From an uncultured Flavobacteriaceae bacterium (lineage in GTDB: Bacteria; Bacteroidota; Bacteroidia; Flavobacteriales; Flavobacteriaceae): 64,000 nt of DNA. A model generated the notes under the pieces. It was not told the origin of the DNA and searched no databases. It saw nothing but the letters and a program-made list of their open reading frames with translations. This document shows, one piece after another, positions 38,564-47,636 of this stretch (position 1 is the stretch's first letter; each line of letters opens with the position of its first letter). The stretch spans positions 36,837-100,836 of the forward strand of contig CAJQLD010000021.1 in assembly GCA_905479095.1 (NCBI GenBank), written 5' to 3'. Made by a program: the position numbers and the translations under genes.

Positions 38564-38594
38564 GTCGATGAATAGCTAAAATATGGCGATGAAT
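38564..38594 (-). promoter_or_regulatory. Candidate LytTR-type tandem box C
   Basis: Minus strand ATTCATCGCC-N11-ATTCATCGAC (9/10 identical, 21-bp period), 80 bp upstream of the signalling operon. Confidence 0.65.
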
Positions 38595-38684
38595 TGTAAT
38601 GCTGATTTTGGCGGTTTATTTGAAACTCGATTTATAAGTCTATTTCTTAGTTGTCTACTTAGTTGCTCAATTTTAAGAAGCACC

Positions 38685-40223
38685 TTATCCCAACCACCCA
38701 TCACGATCCAAACTTCTGTATTGAATGGCTTCACTAATATGGGCACTTTCTATAGACGAAGCGCCTTCTAAATCGGCAATGGTTCTGGAAACTTTTAAAA
38801 TACGATCATAGGCTCGCGCTGACAAACCGAGGCGTTCCATAGCGGTTTTTAAAAGCTGCATTGAATTCGCATCTAATTTACAATAAGCACGTATTTGCTT
38901 CACATTCATTTGTGCGTTGTAATGTACACTACTCGATTTTTCAAAACGCTGTGTTTGTAATTCACGTGCTTTAGTCACCCGTTTTCTTATATCCACGGAG
39001 GACTCCCCTTTGCGCTCGTCTGACAGTTTTTCAAACGGGACCGGTGTCACCTCTATATGGATATCAATACGATCCAATAATGGTCCCGAAATTTTACCCA
39101 AATACCGTTGCATTTCCCCCGCAGATGACATCGTAGGCGCATTTGGGTCATTAAAATACCCACTAGGACTTGGGTTCATACTGGCCACCAACATAAAACT
39201 ACTTGGATAGGTGACTGTAAACTTGGCACGTGAAATGGTCACCTCTCGATCTTCTAAGGGCTGACGCATGACTTCTAATACCTCCCGTTTAAATTCTGGT
39301 AATTCATCTAAAAACAACACCCCATTATGAGACAGTGAAATTTCACCGGGTTGCGGGTAACTTCCCCCACCCACGAGGGCTACATTTGAAATCGTATGAT
39401 GGGGCGACCGAAATGGACGTTGTGCAATTAATCCTTTTTGAGCACCAACCCGCCCTACTACAGAATGTATTTTAGTCGTTTCCAAGGCTTCGTGCAAGGT
39501 CATCGGAGGCAGAATTGATGGCAAGCGCTTGGCGAGCATGGTTTTTCCCGCGCCCGGTGGCCCAATTAATATAATGTTATGTCCACCAGCAGCAGCAATT
39601 TCCATACAGCGTTTGATGCTCTCCTGCCCTTTGACATCAGAAAAATCAAATTCAGGATGCTCTAAGTTTTTTTGAAACTCGGCATGGGTATCTACTATGG
39701 TTTGCTCTAAGGCTTTGTTTTTATCAAAATAATTAATCACTTCCGAAATGTGTTCCACACCATACACTTTCAACCCGTCGACAATGGCAGCTTCTTTTGC
39801 ATTTTCTTTAGGTAGAATAAATCCTTCAAAACCATCCTCTAGAGCTTTAATCGCAATTGGCAACGCCCCTTTGATGGGCTGTACTGATCCATCTAAGGAG
39901 AGTTCTCCCATAATGACATACCGATCAATGTTGACCTCTTTTATTTGATTGGAGGCCGTTAAGATCCCCATTGCCAACGACAAGTCATAGGCAGCCCCTT
40001 CTTTGCGCATATCCGCAGGCGACATATTGATGATGAGTTTTTTACCGGGAATTTTATAACCATTATTTTGAAGCGCAGCCGCAATTCGGAAGTTACTTTC
40101 TTTAATGGCGTTATCTGGTAATCCCACCAAATGGTAGCCGATGCCTTTATCGACATTGACTTCGATTGTGATGGTATGTGCTTCCACGCCAAAGACGGCG
40201 CTTCCATAGACTTTTTTGAGCAT
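38685..40223 (-). CDS. comM: YifB/ComM Mg-chelatase-like AAA+ ATPase
   Basis: Lon-like N-domain (GLPDNAIKES, YDLSLAMG), Walker A GPPGAGKT, PFRSPHH, LFLDELPEF, GPLLDRID, YRSLD. Confidence 0.95.
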   Translation of the reverse strand: MLKKVYGSAVFGVEAHTITIEVNVDKGIGYHLVGLPDNAIKESNFRIAAALQNNGYKIPGKKLIINMSPADMRKEGAAYDLSLAMGILTASNQIKEVNIDRYVIMGELSLDGSVQPIKGALPIAIKALEDGFEGFILPKENAKEAAIVDGLKVYGVEHISEVINYFDKNKALEQTIVDTHAEFQKNLEHPEFDFSDVKGQESIKRCMEIAAAGGHNIILIGPPGAGKTMLAKRLPSILPPMTLHEALETTKIHSVVGRVGAQKGLIAQRPFRSPHHTISNVALVGGGSYPQPGEISLSHNGVLFLDELPEFKREVLEVMRQPLEDREVTISRAKFTVTYPSSFMLVASMNPSPSGYFNDPNAPTMSSAGEMQRYLGKISGPLLDRIDIHIEVTPVPFEKLSDERKGESSVDIRKRVTKARELQTQRFEKSSSVHYNAQMNVKQIRAYCKLDANSMQLLKTAMERLGLSARAYDRILKVSRTIADLEGASSIESAHISEAIQYRSLDRDGWLG

Positions 40224-40278
40224 TTTAGTAAATTTGAGAATTTAAAACTACTAAATATTAAGGAATAATAAAATTATT

Positions 40279-41265
40279 GTATATCCGTAATTATTCATAA
40301 TGCAGTAATATTAGCAATAACAAGTCTTTCAAAGATTCTCTCTCCAAAGTATCTACGATTAAGCTTGTAAACAAATTCATTAAGGTATAATTGCAAGTAT
40401 TTTTTCTTAATTTTATGGTAATTACCTACAAAGTTTCTTTTTGCATTACTAATTGCAATATGTACCCATTTTAGGGTTTCTTTAGTTGTTTGTTCATTTG
40501 ATTTTTCGCTCATATGTATTTCAACGTAGTCAGCAATATTAACGTAGGAGGTGCTTTTGTCTGTAAATACAATGGTTTGCTCGTCATCAATAGCATTCTC
40601 AAGAGTATCATCTGTTCCCTCAGCCTTATGATCCTCTAATACTTTAGCTTTAAAATAGCGACATTGTCTTTCTACTTTACCTGTTTCTATATCTTCAAGA
40701 ATAGTGCTCTCTGCCATGATCATAACATTCGATTTTGTTTTACTTCCTCGTCCTGATTTTTGGGTTTTATGTTGATACTCTGAAGCTTCAATGGTAAAAT
40801 AGCCTTCATCCATTTCTATCATGCCTTCTAATGTGTAGCGGTCATCTCGCTGTCCCATGGCTTTTCGTAATTTATGAACCATTGCCCAAACTGGTTCATA
40901 GCGCTTTAAACCTAATTGGCGTTGTATTTCTTTACTCGAAAAACCCTTCTTTGTTGCCGTTAATAAGAACATGGTTTTGTACCAAATCAAAAATGATAAA
41001 TTTGAACTCTGCATTATGGTTCCGCTTCTCAAAGAGGTACGACTTCTACATTGTTTACATTCATAACTCCATTGACTCTTTATCCAATAATGAGTCGTAT
41101 TTGAACACCTTTTACAAATAACGCCTATTTTATCGCGTTCCCCTTTAAAATGAGTTCGGCAAGATTCTTCACTATCAAATTCTGCTGTAAAACTAAAAAT
41201 ATTCATACCTTTATTTTTTTTAAATATAATAAATAATTAACTGTTATTAGTATTTACGGACATAC
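40279..41265 (-). mobile_element. IS1595-family insertion sequence (~987 bp)
   Basis: Imperfect terminal inverted repeats GTATATCCGTAATTATTCATAA / GTATGTCCGTAAATACTAATAA (18/22) around a single transposase; no clean 8-bp target duplication. Confidence 0.85.
40295..41206 (-). CDS. IS1595 family transposase
   Basis: Zn ribbon CKRC...CKQC, HTH (FSSKEIQRQLG), EMDEGYF, VFTDKSTSY, YLQLYLNEFVYKLNRR. Confidence 0.92.
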   Translation of the reverse strand: MNIFSFTAEFDSEESCRTHFKGERDKIGVICKRCSNTTHYWIKSQWSYECKQCRSRTSLRSGTIMQSSNLSFLIWYKTMFLLTATKKGFSSKEIQRQLGLKRYEPVWAMVHKLRKAMGQRDDRYTLEGMIEMDEGYFTIEASEYQHKTQKSGRGSKTKSNVMIMAESTILEDIETGKVERQCRYFKAKVLEDHKAEGTDDTLENAIDDEQTIVFTDKSTSYVNIADYVEIHMSEKSNEQTTKETLKWVHIAISNAKRNFVGNYHKIKKKYLQLYLNEFVYKLNRRYFGERIFERLVIANITAL

Positions 41266-41320
41266 AAATAACATTTACTTGAATTACAATAATCCTAAAT
41301 TAAGAATAAAAATTAGATTG

Positions 41321-41328
41321 TATCTTTG
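41321..41328 (+). promoter_or_regulatory. Bacteroidota sigma-70 -7 box (TATCTTTG) for the aquaporin
   Basis: Exact TAnnTTTG match 13 bp before the ATG. Confidence 0.55.
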
Positions 41329-41341
41329 AAAAAAAAATGAA

Positions 41342-42001
41342 ATGAAAAAATACCTTTCAGAAATCATAGGAACCTTTAGCATGATTTTTTGTGGCTGTGG
41401 CGCCATGGTGATCAATGATTTTACAGGGGGTACCATTACCCATCCTGGGGTGGCCATCACATGGGGATTGATTGTCATGACGATGATTTATGCGTTTGGA
41501 GACATTTCAGGAGCGCATTTTAATCCGGCGGTGACCGTTGGGTTTGCAGTCGCTAAAAAATTCAGATGGAAAGAAGTTCCAAAATACATAGTAGCCCAAT
41601 TTACTGGCGCAATTGCCGCTTCGCTGCTCCTACTCTATCTATTTCCGGACAGTGACTTAGGAGCCACCATTCCCACTATTGAACCCTTAAAAGTATTTAT
41701 CATCGAATTGCTTCTTAGCTTTTTCTTAATGGTGGTCATTATAAATGTGTCCACTGGCAGTAAAGAAATTGGGCCTATTGCTGGGATTGCCGTCGGAAGC
41801 GTGATTCTCTTAGAAGCCATGTTTGCTGGGCCATTAACAAAAGCGTCTATGAATCCCATTCGTTCGTTAGCGCCTGCCCTAGCTTCCGGAAATTTTACCG
41901 ACTTGTGGGTGTATCTGACTGCACCATTCTTGGGGATGCTATTAGCAGTCTTTAGTTGCAAACTTGTAAAAGATGACAATTGCTGTGATGAAAAATGTTA
42001 A
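41342..42001 (+). CDS. MIP-family channel, NIP-like (AqpN-type)
   Basis: SGAHFNPAVT and ASMNPIRS boxes, six TM segments, Cys-rich tail CKLVKDDNCCDEKC. Confidence 0.9.
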   Translation: MKKYLSEIIGTFSMIFCGCGAMVINDFTGGTITHPGVAITWGLIVMTMIYAFGDISGAHFNPAVTVGFAVAKKFRWKEVPKYIVAQFTGAIAASLLLLYLFPDSDLGATIPTIEPLKVFIIELLLSFFLMVVIINVSTGSKEIGPIAGIAVGSVILLEAMFAGPLTKASMNPIRSLAPALASGNFTDLWVYLTAPFLGMLLAVFSCKLVKDDNCCDEKC

Positions 42002-42016
42002 TATTTGTTTAATTGT
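41991..42016 (+). repeat. Exact 26-bp direct repeat, copy 1
   Basis: AAAAATGTTAATATTTGTTTAATTGT, identical to 47637-47662; upstream of the TetR-like/ABC1/cryptochrome operon. Confidence 0.85.
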
Positions 42017-42068
42017 ATCTATAATATCTTAGACAAAATGTATTTTTACGCTATAAATAAAACATGTT

Positions 42069-42725
42069 ATGGCGAAAAAAAAACCTCTCACACAAAACAC
42101 ACTTGTAAAGCTTTATATGGACTATGTTTTAGAACATAACCATCCTCCAAAATCTATTTACACCTTTTCAAAATCTAACGGATTTGAAGAAGCTGATTTT
42201 TATCAGTTTTTTGCAAATTTCGAAGTTTTAGAAAGCGCTATTTTTAGTTTATTCTTTACAAACACACTTGAAACTTTAGAGACAAGTAAAGACTACCCTA
42301 CTTACGATTCTAGAAATCAATTATTGAGTTTTTACTTTACATTTTTCGAGAACCTAACCGCCAACAGAAGTTATGTGGTCTATGCATTAAACGAAAGTTC
42401 TAATCAACTCGAAAATTTAAAAAAATTAAAAGGCTTACGTTCAAAGTTCTTGAATTATATCGATCAATTAGATATTGAAGTATTGCAAATCAAAAACAAG
42501 CAATTAGAGCAAATTAAAGATAATGTCGTTCAAGAAACCTATTGGATTCAACTGATGCTAACCTTAAAGTTTTGGTTAGATGATACGTCTACTTCCTTTG
42601 AAAAAACAGATATTTTTATTGAAAAATCAATCAATGCTAGCTTTGATCTCATTAACATTTCCCCATTAAAAAGTTTCGTTGATTTCGGCAAATTTTTGAT
42701 TAAGGAAAAAATCAGCATGAACTAA
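42069..42725 (+). CDS. TetR-like protein (C-terminal ligand domain, COQ9-like fold)
   Basis: Helical N-terminus (PKSIYTFSKSNGFEEADFYQFF) and FWLDDTSTSFEKTDIFIEKS C-terminus recalled from flavobacterial TetR_C proteins. Confidence 0.65.
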   Translation: MAKKKPLTQNTLVKLYMDYVLEHNHPPKSIYTFSKSNGFEEADFYQFFANFEVLESAIFSLFFTNTLETLETSKDYPTYDSRNQLLSFYFTFFENLTANRSYVVYALNESSNQLENLKKLKGLRSKFLNYIDQLDIEVLQIKNKQLEQIKDNVVQETYWIQLMLTLKFWLDDTSTSFEKTDIFIEKSINASFDLINISPLKSFVDFGKFLIKEKISMN

Positions 42726-42726
42726 T

Positions 42727-44037
42727 ATGAAGTCCATCGACAAAATACCAACCTCAAAAATACAACGTGCCGGGAAACTTGTTTCTACGGGTGCAAAGGT
42801 TGGGGTGAATTATTTAAAATACTATGGTGAGAAAATCACTAAATCAGAAGCCGTTGCAAAAGAAAATCTCAATAAAAATAATGCCGAAGATATTTATTCG
42901 GGATTAAAACAACTCAAAGGAAGTGCTTTAAAAGTAGCGCAAATGTTGAGCATGGAGAAAAGCATTTTACCGCAAGCTTACGTAGATAAATTTTCATTAG
43001 CTCAATTTTCTGTTCCGCCACTGTCGCCTCCACTAGTGATCAAGACCTTTAAAAAATATTTTGGACAACACCCCAACGAAATTTTTGACGAATTTGATTC
43101 TGAATCCGTCAATGCTGCCAGTATTGGACAAGTCCACAAAGCAGAAAAAGATGGCAAAAAATTGGCTGTAAAAATCCAGTATCCAGGCGTGGCTGATAGT
43201 ATCAAATCGGACTTATCTCTGGTGAAACCGATTGCCATAAAAATGTTTAACATTAAAGGGACAGATTCTGACAAATACTTTCAAGAAGTAGAAGATAAAT
43301 TGGTAGAAGAAACCAATTACGATCTTGAAATCTCTCAAAGTAAAGAAATAGCAAAAGCCTGCGTTCACATTCCTAATTTATTATTTCCAGAATATTATGA
43401 TGATTATTCTTCGGATCGCATCATCACAATGGATTTTATGAAAGGGGAGCATCTTTCAGAATTTGCAAAATATAATACCGATACGCAGAAGGCGAATCAA
43501 CTTGGCCAAGCGCTTTGGGATTTTTATATGTTTCAAATTCATACCCTAAAAAAAGTACATGCAGATCCACATCCTGGAAATTTTCTGATTAATGAGGATG
43601 CACAGTTGATTGCTTTAGATTTTGGTTGTATGAAATCTATACCAGATGAGTTTTACATTCCTTACTTTGAATTATCGGATAAAAAAATTATTGATACTCC
43701 CAAATTATTTAAGGAGAAGTTGTTTGAGTTAGAAATTTTAACTCCAACAGATACTCCCGAAGAATTATCATTTTTCACCGCGATGTTTCATGATCTATTG
43801 AGTGTGTTTACGTTGCCATTTCACGAAGCAGTGTTTGACTTTTCTAACTCAGAGTTTTTTAATAAAATTGGAGATTTAGCCGATCGTTACAGCAAAAGCA
43901 CAGAGCTCAGGAAGTTTAATGGAAATCGTGGGTCAAAACATTTTATATATATCAATCGAACCTTTTTTGGACTCTATAATTTGATGTTTGATTTAAAAGC
44001 ATCATCTGTAAAAATTAACCAATTCAACAATTACTAA
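42727..44037 (+). CDS. ABC1/AarF/UbiB (COQ8-like) atypical kinase
   Basis: LKVAQ (KxGQ-like), AASIGQVH, AVKIQYPG, HADPHPGNF, LDFG. Confidence 0.92.
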   Translation: MKSIDKIPTSKIQRAGKLVSTGAKVGVNYLKYYGEKITKSEAVAKENLNKNNAEDIYSGLKQLKGSALKVAQMLSMEKSILPQAYVDKFSLAQFSVPPLSPPLVIKTFKKYFGQHPNEIFDEFDSESVNAASIGQVHKAEKDGKKLAVKIQYPGVADSIKSDLSLVKPIAIKMFNIKGTDSDKYFQEVEDKLVEETNYDLEISQSKEIAKACVHIPNLLFPEYYDDYSSDRIITMDFMKGEHLSEFAKYNTDTQKANQLGQALWDFYMFQIHTLKKVHADPHPGNFLINEDAQLIALDFGCMKSIPDEFYIPYFELSDKKIIDTPKLFKEKLFELEILTPTDTPEELSFFTAMFHDLLSVFTLPFHEAVFDFSNSEFFNKIGDLADRYSKSTELRKFNGNRGSKHFIYINRTFFGLYNLMFDLKASSVKINQFNNY

Positions 44038-44658
44038 ATGTTACACTTAAAACGCCAAGATTTTGATGATTTAGACCATGTTTACAGAATAAACATGATG
44101 AATAGTTGTTCGGGATTTAAGTCGGCAAATCTCATCGGAACCAAATCAAATGACGGCGTTCCAAACGTAGCGGTTTTTAGTTCCGTAACGCACTTAGGAT
44201 CCAACCCTCCCCTTCTTGGAATCGTATTTAGACCCGTAAGTGATGTGCCCAGAAATACGTACGAAAACATCAAAGAAACAGGCCAATTCACAGTGAATCA
44301 CATCCATTTAGATATTATTGAGCAGGCACACCATACCTCTGCTAAATATGATAAAGGTATCTCAGAATTTGACATTACAAAACTTGAAGAAGAATATAAA
44401 AACGATTGGCATGCACCATTTGTAAAAGGCGCGCCCATTCAAATGGCACTCACCTTTTGTGAGGAATACATCATCAAAGCCAACAATACGGTCCAACTTA
44501 TTGCCGAGATAAAAGATTTATATATCAAAGATGATATTGTAGAAGCAGATGGATTTGTCAATTTAGCCAAAGCAAATATTGTGGCCATTAACGGCTTAGA
44601 CGGCTATGCTCTGCCATCGCTTAAACAACGAATCGAATACCAACGTCCAAAAAAATAA
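44038..44658 (+). CDS. Flavin reductase family (DIM6/NTAB) protein
   Basis: NVAVFSSVTHLGSNPPLLG, RNTYENIKETGQFTVNH. Confidence 0.85.
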   Translation: MLHLKRQDFDDLDHVYRINMMNSCSGFKSANLIGTKSNDGVPNVAVFSSVTHLGSNPPLLGIVFRPVSDVPRNTYENIKETGQFTVNHIHLDIIEQAHHTSAKYDKGISEFDITKLEEEYKNDWHAPFVKGAPIQMALTFCEEYIIKANNTVQLIAEIKDLYIKDDIVEADGFVNLAKANIVAINGLDGYALPSLKQRIEYQRPKK

Positions 44659-44671
44659 AGATTCATTCACA

Positions 44672-44812
44672 TTGAAAAAACAGTTTCTCCCTAGCAAAAT
44701 TTGCATTCAATGCAATCGACCCTTTACATGGCGAAAGAAATGGGAGAAAAATTGGGAATCCGTCAAATATTGTAGTAAAAAATGCAGCAGTCTTCGAAAA
44801 AAACAAGCTTAG
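44672..44812 (+). CDS. DUF2256 small zinc-finger protein
   Basis: LPSKICIQCNRPFTWRKKWEKNWESVKYCSKKC; probable TTG start 44672. Confidence 0.85.
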   Translation: MKKQFLPSKICIQCNRPFTWRKKWEKNWESVKYCSKKCSSLRKKQA

Positions 44813-46092
44813 TTTGGTTTGGAAATGATTTAAGAACAGTCGATAACTACGTCCTTAATGCAGCCGTAGAATCGTCTGAAAAAGTCATCGGTGTTTATTT
44901 TTTAAATCCAAAATTTTTCATACCCACTAAATATGGGTTTAAAAAAACAGCCGTATTTCGCGTTCAATTTCTTCTTGAAACATTAGAAGATCTTAAACAA
45001 CAATTACAACACCTCAATATTTCGTTAATTGTTTTACACGAAACTCCAGAAAACAGTCTAAATAAACTAATTTCAGAGTATGAAATTACAAGCGTATATC
45101 GTCAAAATGAATGGACAACTGAGGAAGTGAAAACTTATCAATCGAGCCTCAATACAATTTCAAAAACGGTTGATTTTAAATCTTATTACAATCAATTTTT
45201 ATACCACCCAGAAGATCTTCATTTTGAAGCAAAGGATACGCCTCGAGTATTTACTCATTTTAGAAAAGCCATTGAGAAATCGGTTAAAATTCGTCCTTTA
45301 GTGGTTCCTAAACAAATGCCCAAAGAAAATCTTTTAGAAAACACACCTAACGTCCCGACTCTTGATTTTTTAGGCTATCAAACGCCTCATCAAGTTCCGG
45401 AATCGGCGTTTCCATTTAAAGGTGGAGAAACACAAGCAAACCAGCGAATTGAATCCTATGTTTTTGAAAGTAAAGCCTTAGGTATTTATAAAAAAACTAG
45501 GAATGGATTGATAGGTATCAATTATAGTTCGAAATTTTCTGCTTGGCTGGCAAATGGGAGTCTTTCCCCTCGAACTATCTACTGGAATGTTAAAAAATTT
45601 GAAGCTACTTACGGATCAAATGACTCAACGTATTGGATGATTTTTGAATTAATTTGGCGCGATTATTTCAAATTTATTTCGTTAAAACATGGCTCTCATA
45701 TTTTTAAAATCGGAGGGATTCTAGAAAAAACATATGATTGGAATCAGGACGCTTCGCTTGTAGACCAATGGATCAACGGCACCACTTCAAATGACTTTGT
45801 AAATGCAAATATGCTTGAATTACAAAAAACAGGTTGGATGAGTAATCGAGGTCGGCAAAATGTCGCTTCCTATTTTTCCAAAACACTTCAATTGGATTGG
45901 CGCATTGGTGCGGCCTACTTTGAAGCACTTTTAATCGATTATGATGTACATAGTAATTATGGCAATTGGATGTACGTCTCAGGGGTCGGAAATGACCCTC
46001 GAAATCGAACGTTTAATGTCAAACTTCAAGCCGAGCGCTATGACTCCAATGGAGCGTATCGCAAAAAATGGCTTCAAACAAAATTATTTTAA
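44782..46092 (+). CDS. Cryptochrome DASH
   Basis: VWFGNDLRTVDN, FKGGETQA, YKKTRNGLIG..YSSKFSAWLANG, ELIWRDYF, GWMSNRGRQNVASY, GVGNDPR. Confidence 0.92.
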   Translation: MQQSSKKTSLVWFGNDLRTVDNYVLNAAVESSEKVIGVYFLNPKFFIPTKYGFKKTAVFRVQFLLETLEDLKQQLQHLNISLIVLHETPENSLNKLISEYEITSVYRQNEWTTEEVKTYQSSLNTISKTVDFKSYYNQFLYHPEDLHFEAKDTPRVFTHFRKAIEKSVKIRPLVVPKQMPKENLLENTPNVPTLDFLGYQTPHQVPESAFPFKGGETQANQRIESYVFESKALGIYKKTRNGLIGINYSSKFSAWLANGSLSPRTIYWNVKKFEATYGSNDSTYWMIFELIWRDYFKFISLKHGSHIFKIGGILEKTYDWNQDASLVDQWINGTTSNDFVNANMLELQKTGWMSNRGRQNVASYFSKTLQLDWRIGAAYFEALLIDYDVHSNYGNWMYVSGVGNDPRNRTFNVKLQAERYDSNGAYRKKWLQTKLF

Positions 46093-47625
46093 ATGAAAAC
46101 ACTACGTCTTATACTAGGAGATCAACTCAACGCACAACATTCATGGTATACATCTGTTACAGAATCTACCGTGTATTGTATGTTTGAAATGCGGCAAGAA
46201 ACCGATTATGTCAAACACCACATTCAAAAAGTGGTTGGATTTTTCGCGGCCATGCGAGCGTTTTCAGAAGAACTAAAATCGCAAGGGCATACCGTGATTT
46301 ATGTTACCTTAGACGAGGCTTCAAATCATCAGGACTTAAGAGAAAACATAACGGCTCTGATCGCTTCTCAGAGTGTTGAGAAATTTGAATACCAATCGCC
46401 CGATGAATACCGGTTGGACGAGCAACTTAAAACTATTTGCAAGTTGGTATCCATTCCAACTCAAGAATTTGATACGGAACATTTCTATACCACTCGCGAT
46501 GAACTTTCGATATTCTTTGAAGGAAAAAAGCAGTTGTTAATGGAACGCTTTTATCGATATATGCGTAAAAAACATCACATTTTAATGGAAGGCGAACAGC
46601 CTGAAGGTGGTGAATGGAACTATGATAAAAGCAATCGAAATAAATGGAAAGGATCTCCAGGAATTCCACCCTTTATTCAGTTTAACACCAACGTAGAATC
46701 GATTTTAAACGCCATTCAATCGTCTGGAGTTGAAACCATTGGGCGTTTCAAAGAAACCACGTTTTCGTATCCAGTAAATAGGGCGCAATCGTTGCAACAA
46801 CTCGAGTATTTTAATCAGCATTTATTAGTTCATTTTGGGGATTACCAAGATGCATTACATACCGATGAAGTGTATCTGTTTCACTCTCGGTTATCGTTTG
46901 CAATGAACCTTAAAATTATTAGCCCAAAAGAAATTATAACGTCTGTTTTATCCCATTATCGATCTCATAGTGATGAAATTTCTATTTCACAAGTTGAAGG
47001 ATTTATCCGACAAGTGATTGGATGGCGAGAATATATGCGTGGGATGTATTGGGCACAAATGCCGGAGTATAAAACTTTAAATACGCTCGATAATCATCAG
47101 CCAATTCCTGAATTCTTTTGGACTGGAGAGACCAAAATGAATTGCTTAAACAAAACCATTAATAACTCATTAGACAATGCCTATGCACATCACATTCAAC
47201 GTTTGATGATTACGGGGAATTATTTGCTATTGACCCAAACAAACCCCGATGACGTGGATGCTTGGTATTTAGGTATTTATATCGATGCCTTAGAATGGGT
47301 TCAACTCCCCAATACTCGGGGGATGAGTCAGTTTGCCGATGGTGGACTGATTGCGACTAAACCTTATGTTTCATCTGGGAGCTATATCAATAAAATGAGT
47401 AATTATTGTGGTGACTGTCAGTATAATGTCAAAGAGCGCTTGGGAGAAAATGCCTGTCCATTTAATAGCTTATACTGGAATTTTCTGGATGATAAGCGAT
47501 CTCAATTGGCCAGTAATTTTCGTATGAAGATGATGTATTCTGTATTGAATAAATTTTCTACTGAGGAACTCATTTCGATGAAATTGAGAGCTTCCAATAT
47601 AATGGAAACTCCAGAGAATTTTTAG
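46093..47625 (+). CDS. FeS-BCP/CryPro cryptochrome-photolyase (bacterial (6-4) photolyase type)
   Basis: LILGDQL, HHIQK, QVIGWREY, YAHHIQRLM; four FeS Cys (KMNC, NYCGDC, ACPF). Confidence 0.92.
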   Translation: MKTLRLILGDQLNAQHSWYTSVTESTVYCMFEMRQETDYVKHHIQKVVGFFAAMRAFSEELKSQGHTVIYVTLDEASNHQDLRENITALIASQSVEKFEYQSPDEYRLDEQLKTICKLVSIPTQEFDTEHFYTTRDELSIFFEGKKQLLMERFYRYMRKKHHILMEGEQPEGGEWNYDKSNRNKWKGSPGIPPFIQFNTNVESILNAIQSSGVETIGRFKETTFSYPVNRAQSLQQLEYFNQHLLVHFGDYQDALHTDEVYLFHSRLSFAMNLKIISPKEIITSVLSHYRSHSDEISISQVEGFIRQVIGWREYMRGMYWAQMPEYKTLNTLDNHQPIPEFFWTGETKMNCLNKTINNSLDNAYAHHIQRLMITGNYLLLTQTNPDDVDAWYLGIYIDALEWVQLPNTRGMSQFADGGLIATKPYVSSGSYINKMSNYCGDCQYNVKERLGENACPFNSLYWNFLDDKRSQLASNFRMKMMYSVLNKFSTEELISMKLRASNIMETPENF

Positions 47626-47636
47626 TCTTTTTGATA

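Larger units (their letters stand above)
22920..38732. mobile_element. Putative genomic island or acquired block at the comM 3' end (no integrase seen)
   Basis: Flanked by a 28-bp near-perfect direct repeat of the comM 3' end; accessory cargo; sampled lines look more AT-rich than core genes. Confidence 0.55.
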
